64,000 nucleotides of DNA from Octopus bimaculoides (Eukaryota): the NCBI RefSeq assembly GCF_001194135.2, contig NC_068984.1, positions 34,438,730 to 34,502,729 of the forward strand, written 5' to 3'. Below the pieces are notes generated by a model. It saw only the letters and a list, made by a program, of their open reading frames with translations, had not been told where the DNA came from and did no database searches. Both the position numbers and the translations under genes were made by a program. Positions 13,271-26,229 of this stretch are shown here, piece after piece; the first letter of the stretch is position 1; each line of letters begins with the position of its first letter.

Positions 13271-14353
13271 AGTGGGACAAAGAATTAGAAAGAAAGTGTA
13301 AAAGAAAGAGTGAACGTTATAATGAATGAGTACGTACTTTGTACATTCAATTATGTGGCACCATGTTCGTTCAATATGAAAATTATCTTATTCATCAGGT
13401 AAACAATTCGAGGAATATATGTTGTCCCCGATGGGAAAATCCGTTATATATATATATATATNNNNNNNNNNNNNNNNNNNNNNNNNNNNNNNNNNNNNNN
13501 NNNNNNNNNNNNNNNNNNNNNNNNNNNNNNNNNNNNNNNNNNNNNNNNNNNNNNNNNNNNNNNNNNNNNNNNNNNNNNNNNNNNNNNNNNNNNNNNNNNN
13601 NNNNNNNNNNNNNNNNNNNNNNNNNNNNNNNNNNNNNNNNNNNNNNNNNNNNNNNNNNNNNNNNNNNNNNNNNNNNNNNNNNNNNNNNNNNNNNNNNNNN
13701 NNNNNNNNNNNNNNNNNNNNNNNNNNNNNNNNNNNNNNNNNNNNNNNNNNNNNNNNNNNNNNNNNNNNNNNNNNNNNNNNNNNNNNNNNNNNNNNNNNNN
13801 NNNNNNNNNNNNNNNNNNNNNNNNNNNNNNNNNNNNNNNNNNNNNNNNNNNNNNNNNNNNNNNNNNNNNNNNNNNNNNNNNNNNNNNNNNNNNNNNNNNN
13901 NNNNNNNNNNNNNNNNNNNNNNNNNNNNNNNNNNNNNNNNNNNNNNNNNNNNNNNNNNNNNNNNNNNNNNNNNNNNNNNNNNNNNNNNNNNNNNNNNNNN
14001 NNNNNNNNNNNNNNNNNNNNNNNNNNNNNNNNNNNNNNNNNNNNNNNNNNNNNNNNNNNNNNNNNNNNNNNNNNNNNNNNNNNNNNNNNNNNNNNNNNNN
14101 NNNNNNNNNNNNNNNNNNNNNNNNNNNNNNNNNNNNNNNNNNNNNNNNNATATATATATATATATATATACACTCACTCTCTCTCTATGTGTATATATAT
14201 ATAAATATTTATACATATATATATTTACAGGTGTGTGGCTATTTGTATATCTGTGTGTGAATCTGAATGTATTCACAATAAGTATTTTTGACACGAATTT
14301 GTCAAAAATACTTATTTTATCGTATAACCGTGTTGTTGTTGTTGTGCTGTTGT

Positions 14354-14411
<58 letters not shown>

Positions 14412-14436
14412 GCTACTACTACTACTACTACTACTA
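14354..14436. repeat. (CTA)n microsatellite
   Basis: Direct reading. Confidence 0.95.
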
Positions 14437-15199
14437 CGTCACTATTCATTCTGTGCTACGTTTATTTTTACAGTGTTTGCTGGGAGCTATTATTTCTTTT
14501 GAAATTTATTGTATCAATAATATTTTTCAAAACATGTTTGCAGTGTCTGTTTTTTTCCCCATGTATGTCATATGTATATGCGTAACATCTTCTGTTTATA
14601 CTTATATATTCCTGACACACACTCTGTAATGCGCAGATCATTTCATTTTTATTTTTCAAAATCCCACATTTTTGAATATTTATATTCCCATGTTTTGTTT
14701 TTATCTTCTATTTATAATTTTTCTCTTGTTCTTTTAAACATATTGCTGTCAGCTGAACTTGAAATATCTGTCAGGAGACATTTTCATTTTACTTGATGTT
14801 CCTTAAGAGAGAAGAAAAAAAAAAATCTATATTGTTTGAATTTTTCTCTTTGTATGAACCGGTTTTCAAGAATATAGTCACATTGTTATTTTCTGATGCA
14901 TTTTGCAATAGTTGTATCACCTCTGATACTGACATAATTTCCAGTTCATAAATTTAAAATCATCGACATATGCGTCATTATTATCACCACATGATCATCA
15001 CAGTCGTCGTCATTGACGTAGACACTTTGTCATCGTTAACATCATCATTATTTTTCAAGAAATTTTCATGCGACTTCTCCTATGCACTTCCGTCTTCCTG
15101 AATTATGTGCAGCATTGTCATTTTGAACTGGCAGATGGCGCTTTTTTTATGTTTTCTGTGTTTCGCTTTGTCATGGAATTAAGACTAATATATTTCTTG

Positions 15200-15650
15200 T
15201 TAATTTAGCATTTCACTTGTTTACCGTGTTTTCTATTTTTATGGAAAATGCTTTGGATGCTAATTTCATAGAACATTCACTATGCAGCGGGTTGCTAGAG
15301 CATCAGATGCCTATTATTCGTAGTACGTTGTAGGAATCGTTATACCCTAGTAAGATAAGAATACATTTGTCTTGTCCTTGGAACTGTTTATCTTCAATAT
15401 TGGTAAAGTTTTCCGTCTCTTTGACTGGATATATTATTATCTGCTGATCAAGTCACATTAATATGTGTACAAAATCTGGTAGTCTCTGTTTTAAAGCAGT
15501 ATCATGTCGGTTTGCTTTGGCGCCATATCTCTGCAATTACAAGTCATTGATGATCATGACGTGTGTATTTTCCAACAATGTCTCTGAGGGATGCTTCTAC
15601 TGTTTTTCAGCTGCTATTGCTTCAATTCACTGAATTTCTAGAAGCATCAG
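15200..15650 (-). mobile_element. Highly decayed REL-LINE fragment (zinc-knuckle/RHD region)
   Basis: Minus strand, with frameshifts, gives C...CRDMAPKQ-RHDTALK, resembling CCHC + RHD. Confidence 0.35.
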
Positions 15651-16149
15651 TTAGTCATCACGATACATATCATATTTTGAAGTATTGGTAACTTATAGTT
15701 ACCTTGGCATAATATAGATAATTATATCATCACGATTATTAACAGTTTGATTCAGTTTCTTGTAGTATCCTTTTAGTAGAAACACTGGTTTCCATCAGAA
15801 ATTAGCAGGAGTTGGGTTTAAAACGTTAGACACTTCGCTGTAAAATTTACTCTCTTAAATGTTTTTGCATCAAGTCTTCAGTTGATAGACTTGGATTCAT
15901 AACATTACTTATTCATTTATTTCTTTATTTAGCAATCGAATTTATTCAGACGTTGTATTTATTCAGACATTCATTCTATCGAATGCCTCTTACTTATAGT
16001 TTAATTATGTATTTTTCTTCTATTGTTTTACCAGTGCTTATATATTTTTCTTTTATTGTTCTATCTGTTGATTCTGGTATGATTAACACTAAGTGTGAGT
16101 TTATATTTATTGAAGCGTATACAGTTAGAATACATATAATCTGCTAGAT

Positions 16150-16820
16150 ATTTCTATTCTTCCAGTGTATTGAATTGTAATTCATTAGTTTCCTTGTTTT
16201 TTAAGCTACTTCTAATTAATATAGAATCCTTTGTTTCTAAACCATGAAAAACTGCTCCAGACACTACTTCGATATATCTCTGAACATTCCATAACGAGAT
16301 CAACGAGAGTTTGTCACTGGAAATTGCATATAATATTTTGCAAGTGGAATGAGTTTTCACCACTAGCTGGTGATTAATACACGCTGAAGACACAGAATGC
16401 GTGCAGTTAGCCAGATGGAAGAGATATCCTCCCGGGGCTATAAGCGTCAGTAGCACTGTCCTTTATAGGACGCCACACTTGGTTGGCAATTATATGCTAC
16501 GATTCCGTATTGCTACTGTTTATATCACGGTCAGATATTTAATATAGCTTATTTCTCCTTTTTCGAGATGAACAACTGTTTGTAGCTGGAAAAAAGCATA
16601 TAGCATTCTGCGAGTGGAATGAGTTTTCATCACTAGCTTGAGATTAACACATGCTGAGCACGGGTAACCACCCAGAAACTCGAATCCGTATGTATCATGT
16701 AAGGCTAGAGATGGGAGCGATGACCTCCCCTCGCAAATACTAATCGGACACAGAATGCGTGCTGTTAGCCAGCTGGAAGAGATGTCCTCCCGGGGTTATA
16801 AACGTCAGTTGACTGCTAAC
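16150..16820 (-). mobile_element. Penelope-like element relic with pseudo-LTR-like direct repeat
   Basis: Direct repeat 16341-16450 / 16611-16810, the second copy with a ~90-bp insert. Minus-strand peptide LETKDSILIRSSLKNKETNELQF resembles a GIY-YIG C-terminus. Hammerhead-like motif at 16648-16693. Confidence 0.5.
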
Positions 16821-16909
16821 ACTACAGATTTATGTTGGATATTGTCTCCTATAATGACCTCAGTGTGTTGCGTTTCTGAGATTTTAATAAGAATGTTTAA
16901 TAAGGCGGT

Positions 16910-16963
16910 GAGCTGGCAGAAGCGTTTAGCACGCCGGGCGAAATGCTTAGCAGTGTTTCGTCT
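16910..16963 (+). mobile_element. SINE 5' head, truncated
   Basis: aaggcggtgagctggcagaagcgtttagcacgccgggcgaaatgcttagc is nearly identical to 37907-37960. Confidence 0.8.
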
Positions 16964-16972
16964 GTACACACA

Positions 16973-17006
<34 letters not shown>

Positions 17007-17017
<11 letters not shown>

Positions 17018-17077
17018 GATTGTGTATACGCATACACACACACACACACATATATATATATATGATTGTGTATACAC

Positions 17078-17109
<32 letters not shown>

Positions 17110-17133
17110 GATTGTGTATACACACACACACAT
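17007..17133. repeat. Three-copy ~45-bp higher-order minisatellite built from TA/CA microsatellites
   Basis: atatatatatgattgtgtatac(a/g)cat(ac)n occurs three times in tandem. Confidence 0.8.
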
Positions 17134-17164
17134 ATATGTATGTATATCTATCTTGTATCTTCTA

Positions 17165-17563
17165 TATTTTACTAATTTCAGTTATTAGACTGTGGCCATG
17201 CTACAGCAGCATCTTCAGTTCTTCAGTCGAATGGGTCAACCCCAGTACTTATTTTTTTAAAGCCTGGTACTTATTCTATCGTCTATTTTGCCCTACCGCT
17301 ATGTTACGGGGACGTAATCACATCAACACCGGTTGTCAAGTGATGATAGGAGTACTACAAACACAAACACAAAGAAACACATAGACATATAGATATATAT
17401 ACATATATACATACGACGGGATTCTTTGAGTTTCCGTCTACCAAATCTACTCACAAGGCTTTGGTCGGCCCTGTAGTAGAAGACGATTGCCCAAAGTGCC
17501 ACGTAGTTGAACATGAACACGGAAGCATGTGATTGGGAAGGGAAGCAAGCTTCTTATTACCGC

Positions 17564-17567
<4 letters not shown>
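17165..17567 (-). mobile_element. Near full-length tRNA-derived SINE (octopus OR/OK-type) with internal TA/TG microsatellite
   Basis: Minus strand: tRNA-like head, gcactttgggcaa..gtcttctact body, then ...ataagtaccagg...aagtactggggttga...catggccacagtctaataactgaaa tail. Confidence 0.85.
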
Positions 17568-17596
<29 letters not shown>

Positions 17597-17940
17597 NNNN
17601 NNNNNNNNNNNNNNNNNNNNNNNNNNNNNNNNNNNNNNNNNNNNNNNNNNNNNNNNNNNNNNNNNNNNNNNNNNNNNNNNNNNNNNNNNNNNNNNNNNNN
17701 NNNNNNNNNNNNNNNNNNNNNNNNNNNNNNNNNNNNNNNNNNNNNNNNNNNNNNNNNNNNNNNNNNNNNNNNNNNNNNNNNNNNNNNNNNNNNNNNNNNN
17801 NNNNNNNNNNNNNNNNNNNNNNNNNNNNNNNNNNNNNNNNNNNNNNNNNNNNNNNNNNNNNNNNNNNNNNNNNNNNNNNNNNTATATATATATATATATA
17901 TATGTATGTATATATATAAAAATAAATTTATATATATATG

Positions 17941-18820
17941 CAGGATGGGTTGACAGTAACTAGGTATAAGCAATTACTTATAGAATTTTTAGTATCACTG
18001 AAGTCATGACGAAGACATGTTTTAAACAAACAACAGTAATGTGGACTTTATATTCTTTAACCTGTTATTTCCTATTTTCCAGACGGCCGCTCGCTTGACT
18101 GTTCAGGAGCGAGCTAAGATAGGAGCATGCTATGAAGTGCGTAATTCCATTGTTTTGGTTCAGAGATGCTGGCGTACATGGAAAGGTAAGCATGCAACAC
18201 TATACCTGGAGTCAATAAAAAAATTTCATGAAAAGCTGATGACCACAGGCTCTGTGAATGATGCAAGAAGTGGCCAGACAACCATATCCCGATAAACGAA
18301 GAAAGGGGCACCAGCGTAGGACATATTTAACTGTAGCCCAGAGATTTCAATACGTTGAATTTTGAAGACTAACAAGACATACAATGCGTGCGTTGTTGCA
18401 TAAAAAATTGAATTTTCGTCTGTGAAAACCCTATTACCTGCAGGCGCTAAAACCTGAAGACTGTGACCGTAAAAGTTCAGAAATCCAGAAGTGTAAGAAG
18501 TCCAGATCTCACTCCATGTGATTTTTACTTGTGAAATTACACAGACAAAACCTTGCACACTGGAGGACTTGCAGGACACGGATTCAGTAGGTTCTCAATG
18601 ATATCCCCGACGACGTTCTTCAGAAGGTCGTTCATTCCATCCCTGGCCATTTGAGGAAACTGGTTGATGCCACCAGTGCTTATGTTGAAATATATGAAGA
18701 TTTACTTTCATTTTCTCATGTAATAAAGAACATATATCATTTGTTTCAATAAATTTGTAAAAGAAATATGGATTTTTTTATTATCAATTTTTAATGCCTA
18801 CTTACTTTTCGCCCACCCTG
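17941..18820 (+). mobile_element. Internally deleted Tc1/mariner element with DDxD-type catalytic motif (DUF4817-type N-terminus)
   Basis: 26-bp TIRs CAGGATGGGTTGACAGTAACTAGGTA / CAGGGTGGGCGAAAAGTAAGTAGGCA (19/26 identical), TA at 18821. Peptides ARLTVQERAKIGACYEVRNSIVLVQRCWR, SPDLTPCDFYL* (18499-18534) and VLNDIPDDVLQKVVHSIPGHLRKLVDA. Confidence 0.88.
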
Positions 18821-18827
18821 TATATGT

Positions 18828-18858
<31 letters not shown>

Positions 18859-19346
18859 NNNNNNNNNNNNNNNNNNNNNNNNNNNNNNNNNNNNNNNNNN
18901 NNNNNNNNNNNNNNNNNNNNNNNNNNNNNNNNNNNNNNNNNNNNNNNNNNNNNNNNNNNNNNNNNNNNNNNNNNNNNNNNNNNNNNNNNNNNNNNNNNNN
19001 NNNNNNNNNNNNNNNNNNNNNNNNNNNNNNNNNNNNNNNNNNNNNNNNNNNNNNNNNNNNNNNNNNNNNNNNNNNNNNNNNNNNNNNNNNNNNNNNNNNN
19101 NNNNNNNNNNTATTTGTGTGTGTGTGTGTGTGTGTGTGTACATATATATGTGTATGCGTATATATATATATAGTTACGTTAGATATATTCCAATAGATAG
19201 TAAGTTTGTATCTGTCAATTTGCTATAACTACAAAATTATTTAGGATGCTATCTTTTTTGGCAGACAATAAGTTACGTGAATTTAAGAATTTCCATTAAA
19301 TTGTAGAGATAAAAGAAACAATAATCTTCATAATTATTTTGATTAC

Positions 19347-19528
19347 GTTCATCATCATCGTCGTTGTCATCATCATCATCATCATTATCAACACCATCAT
19401 CACCAGCAGCAGCATCATCATTGTCGTCGTCATAACCATTGTGGTCGTCATCTTCATCCTCCTCAACATCGGTATTGTTGTCGTCGGCATCGTCAACAAC
19501 AACAGCAACATTTTCCTCAACAACAAAC

Positions 19529-19561
<33 letters not shown>

Positions 19562-19565
19562 GCAA
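19347..19565. repeat. Compound (CAT)/(CGT)/(CAA)n trinucleotide tract
   Basis: Direct reading. Confidence 0.9.
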
Positions 19566-20050
19566 TATTACCAGACGACACTTGACCTCTACGTTCTTCT
19601 GATATTTGCGATGTGGTACAATAATTGAAATCTACTTCTGCTCAGATGAAAGGAAAATCTAGACCAGAATCAACATTGATTGATATGACAATAAAGCTAA
19701 AGGAAGCGATTTTAATGTCAAATATATATTTAAAAAAATATATATCGTTCCATCTATCTGCAACAAAAGAGTCGCAGAGATTATAATAGTAGCACCATAG
19801 TAATTCCATTACTCTCCATCTGAAAACTGATCCTAGTCAATGGCTTAAACATGATAGATAAAATAGTGGCCGAATTTATTCTACAGTAAATTATCATATT
19901 GGTAATTTACGAAACAATGGCCTCTAGCGATGGCTGCTAGTGCACATTAAGTATTGCTTCTTTAACAAAGCATTGCTTTTACAAAAATTGCCTTCAGCTC
20001 CTGTCTCCGTACGTTCATCTAGTACACACACACACACACATACACACATT

Positions 20051-20092
<42 letters not shown>

Positions 20093-22255
20093 CACACATG
20101 CACACACGCACGCACACACATTCACAGACACACTCTGCACATAAAGACCTCAATATAATATGAATAGAAGGACGTCTCTTTTATTGATAAATGAAAGTTT
20201 GGGTTGGAAATGTCAGGAGCAAATTTTAACAAAAGGGCTATTATATTTATCAGTTGTTATAGAGATCCGGAACAATTGCTGATATAAACGGACCACCGTC
20301 ACCACAATACCACAAGTGGCTATCATTGTTGTCTCTGGGTTTAGGTTGGTATAAAAAGTAGATAAAATCAGACGTGCTCACGCACATATCATAGTTAGGC
20401 TTACCCAGCATTTGGGTGTTTGTGTACGTCATTAAACGGTCTTTCGAGTCAACATGTGAAAGCGAATATGACCAAGTCGAAAATAATTTTTCCAAGTCGC
20501 AGTGTTTGAGTTATTCTGAAGTTAAATGTTTCTGTGGAACCAGACGTCATGGAAGATAGTGGCAATAAAAGTTTCATACATTCAATTGTTTTAGTCTCCC
20601 TCTTGGTGTATCTCCTTTTCTAAGATTATTGGTATGGCGTTAAGTGCCATCTAAGTCTACCGTTTCCAAGACTCCATTCGAATATAATTATTCTCACCAG
20701 GGCTGATGTATCATCAGGTACTCTCTTGAAATTTGAAGAAATAGTACTTCTTCTATAGGGTGGTATGGATAGGAGAAGCAACCTTTCAATGCTCTTTGCC
20801 TACTATTAAAAGTTGTTCAGAGTCGTGAATACAGATTTTATTTTGCCTGTCAGAAGTACAAATAAACAGTAACAGATGTTAGATCACAGTCACCTGAATA
20901 AGATGCTATTTCAAGTCTATTGAGGTGGGAGTTAATTGAAATGTAAATCTAGGACATAAAGTGAAATTGCTATAGTGTAACCAAAACTACGATGAATTTT
21001 CAAATTTGTCATATTAAGAAAGAGCAGCTGAGCGGATATATAGTGCAACAAAGTAATGCACTTAATGACGTCCAGAAATATTGGATTGTACATGAAGAAA
21101 ATCAGAGCGATGCCTCACTAGCCTGCGAGTATTATTTCATCTCAGGGGAATGAACCTCAAAACCTACTAGAAGGGTCGGATTCATACAGAAGCAGGCATT
21201 TCAGAGAATACTGATCTATGTCACACGTAAATCAGACCTCATCATTGCATCTGTCTTCGAAATGAATAAAAATCTGGTAGATATTATGTCCTCAGTCTAT
21301 TCTAATATCTTTTCACACTAATGTGGATAGCTAGAAAAAGGCCTACATAATTCTCAGTGTTGTTGAGGGAAGTTCAGAAGATGACTTCGGTATTATTATC
21401 GAACTTAACTCTTCGGGTATGAGGAGGAAGTCAGTGGCAGTTGGAATCCCTACTCATAGCGACGGAGGACAATTCTGAGCTAGCTCATAATACACTGATC
21501 AAGAAGAGTGTATAACTTTGAATATGGCTCTCACTCCGATAACACAAAACAGAATGAATTATCTCTGACTTGCAAGCAGTGGAGACATGTCTATTGTCCT
21601 TTTGCTTCAAATGGCTTAGTTCATGGAACTGTTGCAACAAATAAGTGAGATTCGTTCCGAGAGACAAGTAAAAGGAACCCTCAAGACAGTAAAGTATATC
21701 TAGAAAAAGGTTTGGATGAAGCTTGGAGCGCAAATGGGGTATGCTGTAAAAATGCAAAACAGGCTTTCGTTATATGAGGGCGAACAGAAAGGAGAACTGA
21801 TCGGTATCAACGTTTCCTTAATGCAGATAAGAAGGCATTGGTGGTTTGCCTCCAGAATATCCCTAAGTTGAAGAAGAAAGGAATAAGGGCCTATGATTCT
21901 CCTGTGTTTGATGCACGAGAAAAGATGGTAACAAATTATAATATTTCTGGTGGTGATTAGTAATCACACGGGTATTCACTGAGAAGGAGACTTTGCTTTC
22001 TAGCATTTACAATATTATCGAGAAGGAACATGCCACTGAAATGGTCAAAGAAAATTTGGTAGCTCGTTATTCAACAGCACGCGAAAGCTGAGAAGAATAA
22101 TACGAAATTTTAAATATGGCGTTCAGAAGGGAATATAATGAAAAGTGTTGATACAAGGCACACTCTGTTGAAGAATCTCATATGTAACCCGAACTCTGCT
22201 TCGCGACAATGAATTAACCGAGTTTTCACAGATCCCCAATTGATTAGTCTACGCG

Positions 22256-22638
22256 GTGTAGGCACAATGGCCCAGTGGTTAGGGTAGCGGACTCACGGTC
22301 ATAGGATCGCGGTTTCGATTTCCAGACCGGGCGTTGTGAGTGTTTATTGAGCGAAAACACCTAAAGATCCACGAGGCTCCGGCAGGGGATGGTGGCGAAC
22401 TCTGCTGTACTCTTTCACCACAACTTTCTCTCACTCTTACTTCCTGTTTCTGTTGTGCCTGTAATTGAAAGAGTCAGCCTTGTCACACTGTGTCACGCTG
22501 AATATCCCAGAGAACTACGTTAAGGGTACACGTGTCTGTGGAGTGCTCAGCCACTTCCATGTTAATTTCACGAGCAGGCTGTTCCGTTGATCGGATCAAC
22601 TGGAACCCTCGACGTCGTAAGCGACGGAGTGCCAACAC
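22256..22638 (+). mobile_element. Full-length tRNA-derived SINE with 10-bp target-site duplication
   Basis: A-box TGGCCCAGTGG (22268-22278), B-box-like GGTTTCGATTTCC (22311-22323), TSD agtctacgcg (22246-22255) / agtctatgcg (22639-22648). Confidence 0.92.
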
Positions 22639-24290
22639 AGTCTATGCGACAAAAAATAACCTTGAAAAGTGGCAGAGCTGCTGAGATGATGGAGTCTTCT
22701 AATAGGTGATTCCACTCCTCAACAAAGTACAGGATTTTATCAAATAAGTCTATGATGTAATGAAAGAAATAAATGATTGCTAATTGTTCACTAATTCTAT
22801 TCTTAGCTATAACATCTAGTTAGTTCTATGGACACTGGCGTATTTGCGATTTAAGTAGCCTGGACAACGAGAGAATTGCAAGGATGTGAAATGACATGTC
22901 CTCTGGATACTTGAGTAACGAACCTGAGTTTCAGCGCAGCCAGCTTTAACCTTCTCGGAGCCGGAAAAGAAAATATATAACCGAATAACGGTTATTTTAA
23001 CCTGTACGCTCTTTCTACCGCACTCAAATACACACTGAACATATTTTTATTGATTGATTTTCGAAACAAATACACATTCAGAATTCGGAACTCAACATCA
23101 AATAAAAGTTATAATCAGATCTGAAATTGAAATCTTTTGATTGTTAACGATGAGAATTACATTTGACATACTTTGACTGCTATAAGATTTGAAACATTGT
23201 AAAAGTGGTTCTAGGAAGAATTTGACAAGCTTACATCAATGGTCATAAATTCTGAAATTGACAGGAATGTTTCAACAAACTTTCACCGTTCGATATTGCA
23301 TTGGATGTACAGCCATACTGAAACTGACGTTGAACATCTGAAATCAATCACAGAACATAAATCGGTACTCAAATTGATCTCTAGTACAAAAAAATATGTC
23401 CTGTACTGTTTGCATATTTATAATTGTTATAGCCGACATCGGAAATTTTAAATACTCGAGGAGAGGTGTGGCGACATTTTAACGAATAATGAAGTGCGAT
23501 TAGTATGTTTTACAGATAGAAGATATATATAAGCATATTTGTAAATATACATGGGTGTCGGTGATTATATGTCTTATATCCTTTAGAATATTTGGCATGA
23601 AAGGAAATTCCTGAAGATTTCATTTGTTATAGTTGTTGTTCAACTGAAGGTCTTCCCTGACTTAGTCGTTCTCGGATTTATTCATAGACTTCCGGAACTA
23701 TTGTGTGAGATAAAGTATCAAGGAATGCATTAAACACTCACTATATTATGCTGGGTATCTGAGAAAATAACTGAATACTCAGTCACTACCCTATTATTTC
23801 ATTGCATGAAAGAGACAATCAGTTGGAGTTGGCAACTTAATCAGTTTTATTTCCTTGAAAGAACATCATATTTCACATTTCTTTACATCGAGTTGCGTAG
23901 TTTCAAAATGAATGAATGCCAGTTTCCACATCACTCTCCATGTTGTAACAGACCAAGCAGGTAACTTACGTAATGTAAAATTGTTGAGATTTTTAATATC
24001 TAATCCGCTCTAAACCACTGAGTTACCAATATTGAGATGTGTTACTCTTCTCTACACAACATGAATTTGTAAGTAAATGCAGTGGCAAGTATGTAATAAA
24101 CAAAAGTTTTGTTAGATTGCAGCGATGAGTTTAGCCTTAATACTGACTTATTGAAGGTCCTTGTAAGAGCTTTAGGAGTTTAAATTGGTTGGTAAGTGTT
24201 CCGCTGCATCAGAATAATCTCTCCATTTTTTTAGTTCAATCTCAATACGAGGTTTCAAGAATCACAAGACTACAAATGTCCACACATGCA

Positions 24291-24291
24291 C

Positions 24292-24335
<44 letters not shown>

Positions 24336-24366
24336 CGAGGGAGAGAGGGAGAGAGAGAGAGAGAGA
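24291..24366. repeat. (GA)n microsatellite
   Basis: Direct reading. Confidence 0.95.
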
Positions 24367-25600
24367 GTTTCGAACAGAAACTGACGAGCGAGCACACTCA
24401 AAAACAAACTCAAGTACTGAGAGTCATAAGCATTTTGTCTCCTTAATTGCAAAACGTCTAAAGTTAGACTATTTGTGATCATGTGCTCGTATACCTGTAT
24501 GTATGTACACACATATATAGACACACACGCACACATCAACTAATACACACACATACACACACGTAAATATATGCGTATATAAGGCCGTTGGTATAAGTCA
24601 GGAGTAAAATAAGTCGGCTAATGAGAAGACAAAGAGAGAGAGAGAATAATTGAAAACCCAACCGTCTGCTAGGCTTCGTTTAGATGGACAGAAAGAGATT
24701 AATTTTTCGACGCAAGTCTGAATATTATAGATTTGACACAGAATTAAAACGAATCGAGAGAGATGGAATTAAACGGAGATTATTTTACATAATAAATATG
24801 ATATATCGCCAGAAAATTGAAGTTTCTATCTTTATTATCTATTTCTCACCATCACTGACTCAGTCACTGCTTAAATTCATCTGACACATATTAGCACACA
24901 CACACACACACATATTCAAACATACATACACACACACACGCGCACACACGTTCATATCTACATATGTTGGAGTGTGTGTCTGTAAACATTCATGTTTTAA
25001 AATCTGAATAGCATTCATGTTAGTGGTGGGTAAAATATTTAATATTCTGAAAATATCTCATTAGATTTTCTTTGATCGTGTAGTTTTATTTGCTCTCATT
25101 CTCACTTTGTACGTTATGTACACTTTATCACATTCATCTTTCGCGTCTTTTTTAAATCTCTCTTTTCCTCTCACTCCTGATTTTACATACACACTCACAC
25201 ACAAACACACACTCCTCAATCTCATACAAATATGAACATACACACACACGTACATATATATAGTTATAAACATAGATATATGTATGTATATATATATGTT
25301 TTTATACATATATATGTATGTGTGAATATATATATGTATATATATGTATCCTTATATATAATCATGTTTATATATNNNNNNNNNNNNNNNNNNNNNNNNN
25401 NNNNNNNNNNNNNNNNNNNNNNNNNNNNNNNNNNNNNNNNNNNNNNNNNNNNNNNNNNNNNNNNNNNNNNNNNNNNNNNNNNNNNNNNNNNNNNNNNNNN
25501 NNNNNNNNNNNNNNNNNNNNNNNNNNNNNNNNNNNNNNNNNNNNNNNNNNNNNNNNNNNNNNNNNNNNNNNNNNNNNNNNNNNNNNNNNNNNNNNNNNNN

Positions 25601-25658
<58 letters not shown>

Positions 25659-26229
25659 ACACACACTTATACATACACACATAGACACACTCCTGCATGT
25701 ACATGTACAATAAGACAGGTACAAAGACGAAGAAGCAAGGTTATGTTAAATAGCATGCAAGTTGAAGTCTTGGTTTATTTAAATTCTATCCATCACCAAG
25801 GAAAGTGGACAAATCGCATGGTGCAACAAGTAGCGATTCCTAAAATTAGATGGAAATGAAGCACAACAACTAAGAAATCTCCAAATTTATCATGCAATTA
25901 AGAAAAGACTAATTTTCTGACATCAAGAGGACAATCGTGGCCACACTTCTCAACCCACCATTCATCATCAGCTCAGCAATTGTCGTACAAACACATTTAT
26001 ATATATACAAAATGAATCGAATGCAGATTTGGGTTGGAAATTTCCATAAAGGAAACGGTGAAAGTGAATCAGGCGTGTTACTTCAGAGTAACCAATAGCA
26101 TGTATTTGAGGAACAATGACGAATGTGAGAGTGACATGTAAATAATTTCTTGAATTATTTAAATTATTTGTTTCCAGGGAGAAAAGACCAATCGCTTCAT
26201 AGCGGTATGGTACCAATCCGAATAAGAAG

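Noticed and set aside
19273-19602. Asp/Glu-rich and Met-rich ORFs
   Set aside because: Trinucleotide repeat drift with no splice signals or unique coding context. The same applies to 37186-37533 and 51665-52165.
22256-22330. tRNA-like sequence with A and B boxes
   Set aside because: It continues into a SINE body flanked by a TSD and has no CCA-ready acceptor stem, so it is not a tRNA gene.
24381-24430. CTGACGA-GCGAGCACACTC-AAAAAC...CTCAAGTACTGAG-AGTC hammerhead-like string
   Set aside because: G12 is mutated and there is no stem I pairing. Kept only as a weak member of the window-level observation.
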